Assembly: GCA_964016885.1 (NCBI GenBank)
Contig: OZ024740.1
Coordinates: 111,476,001-111,540,000 of the forward strand
DNA from: Eledone cirrhosa
Taxonomy: Eukaryota
Direction of reading: 5' to 3'
DNA length: 64,000 nt
Part shown: piece after piece, positions 12,800 through 25,926 of the stretch
How the letters are laid out: the number at the start of each line of letters is the position of its first letter
Position numbering within the stretch: position 1 is the stretch's first letter
Notes under the pieces: generated by a model
What the model saw: only the letters and a program-made list of their open reading frames with translations
Databases searched by the model: none
Told to the model about the DNA's origin: nothing
Program-made: the position numbers and the translations under genes

Positions 12800-15700
12800 A
12801 CAACAACAACCATTGAGCTCACCCCCGTAACGTTTTGCTCTCATGCGTGGAGTTCTTCCTTACCCTGTTTCTTTGTGTAAGTGTATGTATGTATGTGTGT
12901 ATGTTTTCTCTTTCTCTTAATTTCGAGTATATTTTTTTGACCGGCCACCTTCCTGGTGGCAAGGTTGTAAAAGAAAAGAAATTGTCATCCCTTGAATCGC
13001 AAGAATGTTTTGCAAATTTTGAAGGTGCCAGCTATCGCAGCCATTTGTAGACTATGAATTAGGGAGCTGCGCTTTTTGTCCGCAAATCCAAGTTCAGTCA
13101 TACTTTGGTCCAAGCGGGTTGGTATATAACCCGTAGCACCAATAATGATGGGTATGAAGCTAAAGGTGTATCTTGGATACTGGATTTGTAAACTCCTCAT
13201 CAATGGTCCGTAGATGTCCTCCTTCTCCTGTATTTTTCTGACAACTTTTACATCAAGTGGGCAGCTGATCTCCACAACAGAACACGTTTTCAATGTGTGG
13301 TCCCAGACTACAATATCAGGCCGGTTGTGCTTTAATTTGGTGGCAGTTTTTATTTTCAGGTTCCACCAGTATTCCTTAGTGCCATCTGTCTTAATATATT
13401 CTTCCTCGTTTGTTGTTAATTTTGTTTTCCGAAGTGCGTTCCAGATGGTTCCAGCTATCCCATCGTGTCTCATGGGAGGTAGTAGCGAGATGACATTCTT
13501 TCGCAGCTGGCAACAATGTGGCTTACATCCTCGATCTTTGTTTTACATAGCCTACATTTATTGTCAGCTGCTGGCCCTCCTCTTTTGTGCAGCAGATATT
13601 TGGTAGGGAGTTCTTGTTCCTGTATTGTATAGAGATATCCCTCAAGGTGTGATGTCATAAACTTGTCGGAACTCCATGCCAGGCTTTTTGAGTGGTTTAT
13701 CCCCTCTATGGTCTGTGTTTTACGCCTCAAGTATCCATGCACAACTTTTTCTGTAAATTGGTCAATTTTTTTATCTTGTTTGAACATTGAATAGGATCTT
13801 CCGATTTCTCTGGGTGAGAGATTTATATCAGGCTTTATTCCATATCTCTCCTCCAGATCAGTCGCTATTCTAATGATATTTCTTTTTTCATGCTCATAAA
13901 CCTGGGCAAGATGGTTGCCAACCTTTTTCCTCTGTTGAAGGTCTTGCTTCAGTGTTACTATCCGGGTCTCATATGTTGTTAATATTGATTTTAGACCCCG
14001 GCCACCTTCCTTGCGTGAGAAGTATAGCCTATCCACATCACCATTGATGTTAAAGTTCCCAGTAATACTGAGAAGTTTTCGAGTTCTAACATTCATCTCA
14101 CTTAGTTCTTGCAATGACCAGTTCAGTAGGCCAAATGTTGGCGTTAGAATTGGCACAGCATAAGTAATGTGGGCAATGTATTTGTTGTATGCTGACAGTT
14201 CTGATGACCATATTTTCTTTACTCTTCTGAGGTATTCAGTTCTGGTTCTCTCCTTATTTATGGGTCCATCATATCTGACATTCTCATCCTGTCCAAGATA
14301 TCTGTAGTTGTCACCTGACTGCAGAGGTTGTATTGTCAGGCCGTTCATCTCTAGATTTCTAGAGGAGAGCACAGCTCTTCCACGTTTTACTGCCAAATAT
14401 GCACACTTGGACTCACCAAATTTCATTTTGATGTCGGTTGAAAATTGTGTAATGAGGTCCAATTGTTTCTTGATGTCATTGATATTTGGCCCATACAACT
14501 TCAGGTCATCAACAAAGAAAAGATGGGAGATACTTCTGGGCCCACTTCTTTGTCCACCTTGTTTCCTGAGTAGGTAAGATAGTGGATTCAGTGAGAGAAC
14601 GAAGAGTAGCACTGACAAGCTATCACCCTGAAAGATGCCCTTCTGGTAATGTATCTTATCAGTCTTAACCTGCTCCTTCTCACCTCTAAGGATCAAATTG
14701 GTGTACCAGTTCTTGGTCAGGCGTTCAACAGCAGCTACCAATGGTTGTGGGACTTTAGCTAACTGTAAAGCCTTAATAATCCACCCATGAGGTACACTAT
14801 CGAATGCTTTTTGATAGTCCAGCCACACGACAGTCATGTTTCTGCGATTCTTTGTTGTTTTTTCATGAATCATTTTGTTAGTTAGTAGGTGATCTATGCA
14901 ACCCCACACCTCCCTCTTTCCACCAGCTTGCTCAGGTGTTATGATTTTGTTGGTAGCACAGTGATCCTGTAAGAACAGGTTAAGGCACCCAGTATATAAT
15001 TTATACATGATGTTTTGGCAGGCAATTGGGCGGTAATTTTTAGCAAGGGTGGTTTGGCTATTTTTGGGAATGAGGAGAGTAGTGGCAGTTTATAACCATC
15101 TGGGCAGTTCTTCTGTGCCCTTAATGGTTTCTGTAAACAGCCGTATGAGATCTTGCCGATAGAAAGTGAAATTCTTCAACCAGTATCCTGTAATGAGGTC
15201 TGGGCCTGGCGATTTCCTATTCGACATTTTCTGTAGAGCTGTTTCCAGTATTGATCCATCTATGTCATATTGTTTTGTCTGGACATGTTGGCTGTAGTCC
15301 TGTTCCAGTTCTTTTAGCCAATTAGCTTGTCTGTTGAATCCGTCATCCGTTTCCCATACAGATCTCCAGTAGTTCTCAACCTGTTCTTTTGAAGGGGTGT
15401 CGTTTAGAGGGATTGAGCTTTTGCCACCTAAGCTGCGATAAACTGATTTAGGATCTCTGGCAAACAATCTATTTAGCACTTGTCGTTTATGTGCTGTTGA
15501 CTTATATTTTAGTCTTTCTGTTGTAGCTGTGAGTTGTTTCAACTGGTGTAATTTGGAGTTCAAAGTTTTAAATTTTGTATCTCCAAATCGTCTCTCTAAC
15601 TTTTTCTTTAGGTCTTCCTGGTGTCGTGTGAAGTTGCTCTCTATGTTGCATTTCATAACGACTGCGATGTGTGAAATACTTCGTCTCAGGGACAAAATTT

Positions 15701-17120
15701 TGGTTTTTAAATTTCGCATCCACGCTGGTTCAGGCTTTCTGTTTGTATCTTGATTGCGTGGTTTTAGATGTGTGTTATATGATAGCAATGTGACAGCTGA
15801 AACATATAACAAAACATTAAGCGTTTCAAATGTCGTTTCTACACCTTTAGATCGTATACGCTTCAGATAATTGCCAGCTATTTCATTCACCGCTTCCAAT
15901 TCCAATTTAGTGGGTTCTTTACTGACTCTAGTGTTTTATGGTCTGTCACTCACATTAAGGCTGTGTATCTCTTGAAACATATCGTTCCATATCACTTGTA
16001 GGGTGCCCACAAGTTTTTGGTGCTCTGTTTGTACAGTAGAGTCATGAATTTCAGCCTCGTTGTTGATGTGGTGACAAATACTACTAGAGTTAGCTGACCA
16101 TTCTCGCTGTTCTTCAGTGGAAGTGGGATGGATTTCAGCAAAATTGTTGGTGAGCTGTTCACAGTTATATTTAGCTGGCCATTCTCTTTGTCTGTCAGTG
16201 GAGGTGGGGTGGTTGTCTACAAGGGATGTATTTGTAGTATCACTCAATTCCGTTAGATGTATCAATTTACATCTAATGATACGTTTTGCCTGTTCATGTA
16301 GATGCTTTGGAGAAAAGCCTAATTCTGGGTGTTTGGAGTTCCATAAAGTTTTTAGCCTTTGCATAAAACCGAACTTTTGGGGTTCAGATTGTTTGTATGC
16401 TTCATATAATACTTTGTTAAGCTCGTAGCTCCACTGTGTACAACGATTGTAGTTGCGATTTGGTCGAAGGAGACTTGTACTTTTTGCCATGATGAGTTCG
16501 TCTATTCACTAATATTTCGTATTTATTTTTCAAAATAGTCGATGATCTTCTTTAAAAGTTACGACAAAGTTCTGTCAGAATCAAATTTAAAGTTATTCAC
16601 AGCTTGGGTAATATTTCTTTTCAGTTAGTTTTTAATTCTACAACTGTGTTTTAAACGTTGTTCTTGAATCGTTTGAATCGACAACAAAAAGAACCGTTAC
16701 TTAATATATTCCTTTATGAATGTAATATAATATAACAACGCTGTATTTATATGTTAAAGTTTATGTATCATTCATATAAATAGGTGTTCTACAACTTATT
16801 CACAACATATTCACAGTTCAAACACTTATGTTTTTATTTCTGAATCGAAAACGTTACTTGTATATTTCTTTATAAATGTAATATAACAACGTTGCATTTA
16901 TATGTTAAAGTGTATGTATCGTTCATATATCATAAGTGTATGTATCGTTCATATAAATAGGTGTTTTACAACACACAGTTCAAACACTTATGTAGAATTA
17001 TTGTATGTAATCTTACCGCGTAATGTAGCTCAACTTTTTCCAATATATGGTATGTTGCCTTCATGTAAGCCGTAATTACACACGTCCGATTATCGGACAC
17101 TGACCACAACGGTCGTCATT
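12800..17120 (-). mobile_element. R4/Dong-clade RLE-type non-LTR retrotransposon, near full length, frameshifted
   Basis: ORF pieces 15936-16490, 15090-15905, 13470-15008 and 12985-13473: RT (GIFQGDSLS, LFFVDDLKLY), CCHC (CRLCKTKIEDVSHIVASC) and RLE (HNRPDIVVWD...VVEISCP). Outer limits approximate. Confidence 0.92.
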
Positions 17121-17179
17121 TATGTATGTATGTATGTATGTATGTATGTATGTATGTATGTATGTATGTATGTATGTGT

Positions 17180-17500
17180 TTTTTGTCCTGCAGGGTGTTC
17201 AAAATCACCCTCCAAGTAAACTTGGTGGGGTTGCCGGTTTAGTCGCCGACGACCCTACTATGCGACAGGTTGTACTGGGTTACATGTTACCAGTAGCACT
17301 CAAGAGTGACCCGACATAGGGCGGAAGAACTCGAAAGAGTCAACGGCTATCCGAAAGTGTGTAAATATGTACATAGACATGTACCAAGCGGTTAAATCAC
17401 TGGGAGTGAAGGACCCTTAGCCTTTGTCGGGGCATTCTTCTAGGAGAAGGCAACCGAGGAAACTGGGATAACTCTGAAATAAAACCTGCGGCTCAGTAGT
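17180..17500 (+). mobile_element. Probable RTE-type LINE 5' region fragment
   Basis: GC-richer segment after (TATG)n containing ctaggagaaggcaac...ctctgaaataaaacc, resembling RTE 5' ends; recognised by pattern only. Confidence 0.35.
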
Positions 17501-17645
17501 TACAGATGATGTTGATCTTTTCTTCTTTTCGGGTTATAGCTACTGTCGCTCAGAGAGTGGGATTGGCTCAGTGGACAGTCTTTCCTCACTTTAAAAAATA
17601 TCTTCACGCACAGGCATTGCACGATAGAATTATTAATAATGGTAT

Positions 17646-17700
17646 ATCGTGCAATGGCCATACTCGATAACGAGGGGCCAGCCATCATGTATGTATGTAT
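17646..17700 (+). mobile_element. RTE 3' terminus with (TATG)n tail
   Basis: Reverse-complement match to 43911-43966, the 3' end of the RTE at 43911-47870; a third diverged copy is at ~42035-42070. Confidence 0.75.
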
Positions 17701-17938
17701 GCATATATGTATGTATCCACGTGCTTACACATATTTACACACATATAGATGAAAACGCCTACAAGCATACACATATCCATCTATAAATACATGTGTAAAT
17801 ATATATATATATATACATTACATGGATATGTTTCCTTTCTCTTAAATTGGTGAAAAATCTTTTCTGCTTCCTATTGACCTTTGTGAAGACAGAATTGTCA
17901 CGAAAGAATAACGCCACGAACGGTGGTGGTGCTGCTTC

Positions 17939-17939
17939 T

Positions 17940-18037
<98 letters not shown>

Positions 18038-18059
18038 AGTGGTGGTGGTGGTGGTTGTG

Positions 18060-18113
<54 letters not shown>
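17939..18113. repeat. (GTA)n microsatellite
   Basis: Directly visible. Confidence 0.97.
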
Positions 18114-18124
18114 ATGCTCCAATA

Positions 18125-20290
18125 TAATGATTTCATTTATTGGCCACAAGGGCCGACATATAGGGGACAATACAAAATACTGGGACAGTGGGGTTTTACA
18201 GAAAAATCGAGTAAACAATATGAATAACAATAACAAAGTAACAATAAAATTACAACAAGAAAAAATTCCCCAATAGGGGGACGACCACCCAGGGTTCACT
18301 CAGGTACCCCACCAAACCTGAACGACCCGACGCTTCGAGAGCACCCTGGAAGGACACCCCTCTCCTCCTCAAATTTACCTACCTACAGCCGCATGACCAG
18401 AGTAGGCCCACTCACGGGTCGATCTTCACTATGGACTCGGCCGATAGCCGGATCAGTTCTACACGCGACAACTGCTGTTCAACATAACTCCACAAGTCAG
18501 TAATGCACGGACACTGGACGAGTGCGTGCAGAACGGTTTCGTCGCTCTGCGCGCATCTCGGGCAGGTCCGTCTGACAGCACTTCCCTGCCTGTAGAGTTT
18601 ATCTCGAACCGGTAGTGCCCCCCGGTAGCACTGCCAAGCGAGGGATTTTGGGAAATTATCCATCGTCCCCGGCTAGAAAGTCCTCCAGTACAGACTGGTT
18701 AGTTCGACTTCGTTGACTCCCAGAGCCTCTCCGAGTGCGCCGTCGCACTTGCGCACCACTAATCCTCTATAGAACTCGATAGTGGAAGTTCCACTGACCG
18801 CATTGCCCGCCTGGTAGAGGACAGTGAGTGCCTGGCAACATTCCAGATGCCAGTCACCCAGTCTCGGTCTCTTCTTGACTCAGGTCTGCAGCTCAGTCAA
18901 AGAAACGAGCTGCGGAAAGGCTCGTCTGACAAACGGCGACCACACCTGTTCACCGTTTAGGCAGAAAATCTGGAGATGCTGCAGCCTCAGCGCGTGCCTG
19001 CGCATCATTAGCCACGGCATGCCCTGCCCGCCACGTAGAGGGTGCTGGCAGCAGATGGACCGCCTCACCAGCGGAACCTGACCCTTCCACAAGAATTTGA
19101 AGATGAGCCGCTCCAAGATGGCGAGGCGCGAACGGGTGCAAGGGACGACGGTCAGACGGTAGTAGATGACGGACGCGATGTACGGGTTCACCACCTCCGC
19201 CCAACCTTTCAGTGATAGCTTCATCCCAGCCCATTTCTGGGTGAGACTGGCTACCCTGCCCGTCATCTCGTCCCAACTCTTATCCACCTGGAGGTCTGGC
19301 CCGAACCAAACCCCTAGCAACTTTACCGGTCCGTCCGTCCAGCGACTAACGACACTGTTGGACGGCATGGACTTGCCTCTCCAGGTGCCTAGTAGCAAGC
19401 TCACTGACTTTTCCGGGTTAGGTTTTGCTCCCGTCAACCTTTCATATTCCTCCAATAATAATGGAGGTGTCCGATACTGTCACAGTGTTGTCATCCGCAT
19501 AAGGCGACACAGCCTTTCAGCGTCCTGGTTCGAACGGGATGCCCTGCAACAGCTCCAGCTTCCGCAGTAAAGGCTCGAGAGTCAATACGTACAGAAGGGA
19601 GGAGAGAGGGCACCCTTGACGGACCGATCGGGAGATCTGAAACGGTTCCGAGGAGTCGCCATAAACTTTGACTACTAAGCAGATGCCGCTGTACATTGCA
19701 GCGATCCAGCTTCTCAAGACGAGGCCGAAGCGCAAGTTTGCGCCTCCCCGACCAAATCCTCGACGACAAGTGCCAACCTCTTCGCCTGAAATTGTCTAAT
19801 GTGTCCCTCTTGTTCTCGTCTTTCCTTATCAGCGTCACTACGCCCCAGCTCACAGAACTGGGAATACTGCCGTTCTGCTGCCAGTTGCAGTAGAGCGCTT
19901 CGACGAGATTGGAGAACAAGTCTGGCATATTTACGTAAAGCTCGTAGGGAAGACCATCCAAACCGGGTGACTTGCGCCTCATGCAGCCGACAAGGGCATC
20001 CTGAATCTCGGCTGAAGTAATCGGCCTTTCGCAGCGCTCAGCGTCGGCCGTGGAGAGTTACGGCAAACCATCGAGGTAGGGACTGAAGTACGCCACCGTC
20101 TCTGACCCGCCACTTACCCCGAACAACCGAGCAAAATGTTGGCGAAAGGCCGAACACATTCGCTTGGAATCGTTCAGCTCGTGTTCGTCTCGGTCCGTCA
20201 AAGACTGAATCGTGGTTTTATTACCACGCTGCGCCTCTTCCACGCGAGCCCATCGAACAGTTTCGGTTCGCTCGTTTCTCAGTAATGCTC
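18125..20290 (-). mobile_element. 5'-truncated L1/Tx1-type LINE ORF2 remnant
   Basis: KSPGLDGLPYELY, SVRQGCPLSSLLYVL, YADD (~19490-19503), VKLLGVWFG, and zf-RVT-like ALPVRDKL...CPRCAQSDETVLHALVQC; GC-rich and frameshifted. Confidence 0.9.
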
Positions 20291-20544
20291 CCAATATCAT
20301 AATATCCATCGTGTATCTGGAGGTTAATATATATATCTATGCTTCTGAGCGTAATATTTTCTAAATTTTCTTTCTCTTTCTTTCTTGCTGTCTCTTTCTC
20401 GTTCTGTCCCCCTTTTCCATTCTTTCAACTTTATAAACAAATCATTTCTTCCTCTTAAACATTGACTTTCTGATAGAGAGAGTGAGAAAAAAGTAAGAGA
20501 GAGCGAGAGTGGGGAGAGGGCGTGGAGAGCGAAATATATATATT

Positions 20545-20966
20545 TAAAATTCAGCTTCGGCATAGCTGTATACATACATATATGTGAATTCCATATATCT
20601 AAAAATACACAGTATGTTTAATAAATTAACATTTTGAAAACCCAGCCACGAAGAGAAAGGCCGGCGGCCAGCGCCATCTAGTGGATTCCAGCAGAAGCAG
20701 CGTAGGATAATTTTCTATGCATTTCGAGCTCTGGCACTCATCAGGACAATGCTTCTTCCCGTTGCTTACTGCCGGTATTTAAAACAGGCTAAACTATAGT
20801 TTTTAGCCTGTGTTAGTGGGCTGATTAGCCTCATTTGCATATGAAACTGTATAAGTTCCCTCAACTTAAAAGTAGAATTGAAATTTAGCTTCGACATAGC
20901 CGTATACACACATGTATGTGAATTTCGTATATCTAAACATACCGTATAAATAAATATTTTGAAAGC
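20545..20966 (-). repeat. ~334-bp-period unit (1.3 copies) containing a hammerhead; retrozyme/pLTR-like monomer
   Basis: Diverged direct repeat 20545-20640 ~ 20879-20966 brackets the hammerhead at 20710-20750. Confidence 0.7.
20710..20750 (-). ncRNA. Minimal type I hammerhead ribozyme motif
   Basis: Minus strand: attgtc CTGATGA gtgc-caga-gctc GAAA tgca TA gaaaat. Canonical core, one mismatch each in stems I and II, palindromic stem III ATGCAT. Confidence 0.8.
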
Positions 20967-21039
20967 CTGTCTTTCATACACACATGAGGATTGCAGCGTC
21001 TTTACAGGCGATTGCCGTCTCTTATTGATTCTTCGTTAT

Positions 21040-21530
21040 CATCCCATGACTTCGTTATCGTCCATGACTTTGTAGGCCAATTGTAGATATGCATGGTTTA
21101 CGACACAGGTGACAGAAGAGTTATGATTTCCTGCAGGACACAATCTTTATGTACCACCATGTGTCCTTTTTGTTCGGAACTAGTTCTAGACACTTTGTTG
21201 CATATCACGCACGTTGTTTCCCCAGGTCTTTATTGAGTGGAGCTATCTCCTCCCAGTTGCCTATATCAAATGCCAGCTATTTGAGATTGTTCTTGATTAT
21301 ATCCCTGAACCTTATTTTCGGTTTGTGTTGAGGTCTTTTTCCGAGATGGAGCTCACCGTAAACCAGTTGCTTCTGGATCCTGCTTTCTTTCATGCGGACG
21401 ATATGTCCTATCCAGCGCATTTGTGAAGATGTTCATTGGGACTCAATGCTTGGTCATTCTGCTTTGATAGGAACATGGATGTCAGGAGTTCTGCTTTGCC
21501 ACTTGATGTTGAATATGGGCCTTAAACATC
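21040..21530 (-). mobile_element. RTE LINE C-terminal fragment
   Basis: Minus frame QMRWIGHIVRMKESRIQKQLVYGELHLGKRPQHKPKIRFRD. Confidence 0.8.
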
Positions 21531-21669
21531 ATACAGGCATACACACACGTACGCACACACACACACACACATACACACACACACACACAAATACATATAT
21601 ATATATATGTGTATGTGAGTGTGTGTGTTTGTATTTGTGTGTGTGTGTATGTATGTATGCATATATATC

Positions 21670-22020
21670 TTTTATGGAGGGTTAGTTAAAGGTAAAAGAC
21701 CAGATAAACCAAAAAAGAGGTATAAGAATTGGTTGAAAGGCTCTTTGAAAGACACTAACGTCTCTGCTGATACATGCAGTCATAAAGTGAGACCAGTGGT
21801 TGACTACCAGGCTGGTGTCGGAGTTGCTATTCATCTTACCTGTCAAGTATGTGGAAAAGAGTGTAGATCAGCAGGAGGGCTCAAACGACATGCAACAGTA
21901 CATGGCAACCAAGTACCGTCGGCTATTGCCAGTGAATGTTTTTATCGTGGTTGCCAACTCTGCAAAACATTTTAGATCATTGGTTGGGCTAAAAGGCCAC
22001 ATTCGATCACAGCACCGTTA
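21670..22020 (+). mobile_element. RTE 3' fragment with internal deletion, same family as 43911-47870
   Basis: FYGGLVKGKRPDKPKKRYK...ADT|SHKVRPVVDYQAG...CQVCGKECRSAGGLKRHATVH; lacks the ~220 bp present at 44580-44800. Confidence 0.88.
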
Positions 22021-22039
22021 TATATATACATGAAAACAG

Positions 22040-22920
22040 GGAGAAAAAGACGATTATTAGGAAGAAAAATATTTTTTTTCCTCTTCATTTTTCTCTCTTT
22101 TTTCTGGGTTAGAAAATGATTAAAACGAAATATTTTACTTAGCGTGAAGTGTTAAGGTATTAGTTGATTTATTTATTAATTAACAATGGCATTTATTTAT
22201 TTATTTATTTTTATATTTAATAATTGTCTATTACCGGTTTCAGTATTTTTATGCATTATCAAATGATAATAATATGTATTGGTGTATAATGGTGGTGTTG
22301 GACATGTTAAAGAAATGGTGCAGAAAGAATAATGTTATTTAGAAACAAAGTTTATGAAGTTAAAAGAAAAAAGAAAAAAAGGGGGTCGTAATGTGGAACA
22401 TAAGGCAATGTGAAAGAAAAAATAATGTTATTTACAGGCATAGTTCTTGAAGATAAGCAGATCAAAATGTGTTAATATAGCAAGAGTGCTTAGTTGATCC
22501 ATGATGGAGGAAAATGGTAGTCTGGGGTTTGATATGATTTCCCTTTTTAGAGAGTTAATATGCAGGGGGAGGTAATTCAGGGTGGGAGAGAAATAGTGGA
22601 TGGTATTTAATTTATTTAAGAAAAAGGATTAGGCAGGGTGTCAGGGAGGTAACTCTTTAGAGAGACATCGGTATTTGTAAATGTTTCATTGTTCGTTCCA
22701 GTTTTAGTTTAGTCCGAAGTTTAGTGCATTAAGTAGAGGTTGGAATTTGTTAATGAAATACGTTTCCTTATTGGTACGATGGATGAAAGTAGCGTTGTCT
22801 ATGAATTTGTAAATGGGGAAAAATTTTAAAGTTTGGATGTTGGTTGGGTGCACAATTGGCGATATGTTCACTAAACGCAATCTTTCTGTATTCCTGTATT
22901 TAGGTAAAGTAATGGTCATA
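22040..22920 (-). mobile_element. Penelope-like element 3' fragment (EN tail + 3' UTR)
   Basis: KFFPIYKFIDNATFIHRTNKETYFINKFQPLLNA is homologous to ORF 10113-10349; a hammerhead motif lies downstream. Confidence 0.78.
22223..22270 (-). ncRNA. Degenerate hammerhead motif (U3-A8 variant)
   Basis: Minus strand: attatcat TTGATAA tgcat-aaaa-atact GAAA ccgg TA atagacaat. Confidence 0.5.
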
Positions 22921-23023
22921 ACTAGGAAGGATAGTATATTAAAAGATGAAAATTATAATAACATAATAAAATATAATAATATAATTATATAATAATAAAA
23001 TTATAATAACATAATAAAATATA

Positions 23024-23139
23024 ATTGTTTCTACTTTTAGGAACAAGGCCAGCAATTATCCCAGTGTATTACTGGTACTTTATTTTATCGACCCCGTAAG
23101 GATGAAAGGCAAAGTTAACCTCGGCGGGATTTGAACTCA
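23024..23139 (-). mobile_element. SINE, young deletion subfamily
   Basis: Near-identical to 3545-3658. Confidence 0.85.
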
Positions 23140-23759
23140 ATAAAATGTAATATAATATAGTACAGTATGGTACATTGTATATAGTATAATATAGCGTATG
23201 ATGCATCACAAAATATAAAATAGTAAATATTTTCAAGTGGGTCTATGTATAAGTAATCAAACTCAGATAAATGCATGTTGACATATAGTCAAAACGCATA
23301 ACTTTCTTAGATCACAAGAGTACATATATTCACATATATAGATAGCGGTATAATTGCATTGATACTCCATTAAAAACATACATACGCATACATAGATATA
23401 AATATATACATATACATACATACACGCACACAAACATATATATATATATATATATGCACACTTATACATACATATATACATGTACACACACATACATGTA
23501 CATACGCATATACACACACATACACATATACACACATATATATATTCTCTTATCATACATACATAGATACACGTATAACCATGCAATTACATGTGGTTAT
23601 GTATCTTGATGCCATTAGTCAGTAACGCATGAATATATGGAAGCTAGAAAATTAAAAGGTTAAAAAATAAAAAAATAAAAAAATAAACAGGAAGGCGTAT
23701 AATTAGGGGAAGGGGATACTAACAAATGGTACGTCACATAGAACTATAGTGAGTTGCTA

Positions 23760-25140
23760 TTTAGAATGTTTAATTAGGTTTATAGTACTTAAAAGTTTTT
23801 CATATACGGTGATTACAATCTACAATCAGTTCCTGTCTTTTATTCAATAAGTCGTCCTTAGATTTAGTAATTTCCAAGATCTCCGCGGGACATAATCTGC
23901 ATTCTCTCCTGTTCCCAAGATATGGAGTTCTTTGCAGAATGGTATCCCACGATAGCTTGAAATCTATTTTTTTTCTTTTTATAATTATTTAGTGCTTCAG
24001 CTAAAGATGTGGCGTTAGCTAGTTTAGTATTGTTAAAGCTACTGGAGTGTGCGTAATATCTTTTCTTAAATGTGTTCGATGTAGATCCTATATATGATTC
24101 GTTGGAGTCAGTAGTAGACACAGTGCATTTATATATTACATTATTAATCAAACAGTTGCCATTTAAGGGGCAAACGCTTCTATTTCTACAATTACAACCA
24201 TACGTAAGATGGTTGTTGGGGGTACCTACATAATTCTCATTAATCCTTGAGCTATTCTTATTGTAATTAATGTTAGAGAGAAAATGAGTGCTGCTTTGTG
24301 GGTGATTTGGTGCTGGGGTTGTATTGTGATTTTGTGTTGTTTTGTTGTATTGGTGATTTGGGTGGTTGAGTTTACCAGGTTGAAGGATTGTATTATTTGT
24401 CCTTTTAAAAGGTGCAGTCTTATTTAAATTATGTTGTGGTGGTGTGGTCATATTATTTTTTAATTTATAAATGTTGTAGTTGCTTATTTTTTGCTGGAGA
24501 TTGTTTGATGTAGAGTATGAGAATTTAACAGTATACCTGTTAAATATTTGGAGGTATCTGTGGTTTGGTGGAAAGGGTTTATGTAGAATTTCGAAGAATT
24601 TGGGGGGAATTTGTCCAATAGTTTGCAGGTTGAAGGTTGCGTTGTACCACGTTATGTTTCTTTTGCGGTTTTTAGTTAAGTTCTTATTCCCACTTATATT
24701 AATGTGCTGTGTTCTAAAAGAGTTCTTAGGGTTAGTATTTTTGTTTGTGGAATTCGGTAAATTGCTGTGGTTGTATTTGGTGTTATTATTGGGTAGATTA
24801 TGAGAGGTTGAATGTTTGGTAGTCATATGTGAGTTGTTAACATTGGTCATAGATCGTGTAGTAATAATTGTTGTGGTTCTTCGGTTGTTTTGTGTGATAG
24901 GAATGACCCCATTAGGCATTTGTTTCGATGGTATTTTTTGGTGTTTGTAGTTTTTGGTAGGTTTTGTAGTATGGTCCATAGTAGTGTTGGGGATATATGA
25001 CATTTTTTCTTTATATCCACTTCTAGTTAGGGCCTCGTTGTGGAAGGGTGCATTTTTATAAAATATTTCCTCATTGGAAGATAATTTAGAAAGTCTAAGA
25101 GATATACTCAGTTTTTGAGTATAGAGCCAGGGTGGTTAGA
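23760..25140 (-). mobile_element. Penelope-like element 3' part (thumb/linker + GIY-YIG), probably Hydra clade
   Basis: ORF 23864-25003: RKRNITWYN...FPPNHRYLQIFNRYTVKFSYS, CNCRNRSVCPLNGNCL (CxCx5C), VIYKCTV...YIGSTSNTFKKRYYAH; long N/T/H/K-rich low-complexity linkers. Confidence 0.88.
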
Positions 25141-25236
25141 GCGTGAATGTACATAGTGTAGATTCTGGTTGGCTTATCTATCTATATATATATATATATA
25201 TATATATCCTAACTCGTGTGCTTCCTCTCCACATTT

Positions 25237-25351
<115 letters not shown>

Positions 25352-25926
25352 GGGTTAAATTTTCAAATGTGTTAATTTATAAAGTGACTCATCATGAAAC
25401 GAGGGAGATTTGTGTGCTAGTTTTAGTGAGTTGACAAATGGCATGAACCCTTCTTAAGGCAATAATGAATTTGGGAAAACTAAAATCAAGAATTATTATC
25501 TCAGATTAGAGTGCCAGCCAGCCTACAAACCTACTAACATTGTAAATTCATGGACCACCCCTGCCGATAGAATATATCTCACAGAAATAATTATTGACAG
25601 CTTCAATACATCTCACTGTAAATAGGTACCATGGAGAGGTACAGATTCTATCTATCTAAACATCTAAATCTGTCAACAGATCTGTCAATCTACAGATCTA
25701 AATCTGTATTTAGATATGGATCAGATATGGATATGTCTACAGATCTGGATCTCTAGAGAGATCTGAATCTATTGTACCAAATTCAGAAAAAAAAGCTAGA
25801 GACCACTCCAGTTCACACTCCACATGAACATGAAACCATGACTGATTATCACACGCACCAAGAGTTCTAATCTCATAAGGTTTGCATAACCGGCACCCGG
25901 GCCGCTCTCGGGATTCTGAGCGGAAT

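Noticed and set aside
17050-17125. Possible HDV-like ribozyme at the R4/Dong 5' end
   Set aside because: Small hairpins are present, but I could not build the nested double pseudoknot by eye.
17759-18299. Poly-T/V/Y ORFs (and poly-S/L at 52026-52508)
   Set aside because: Trinucleotide microsatellite artefacts.
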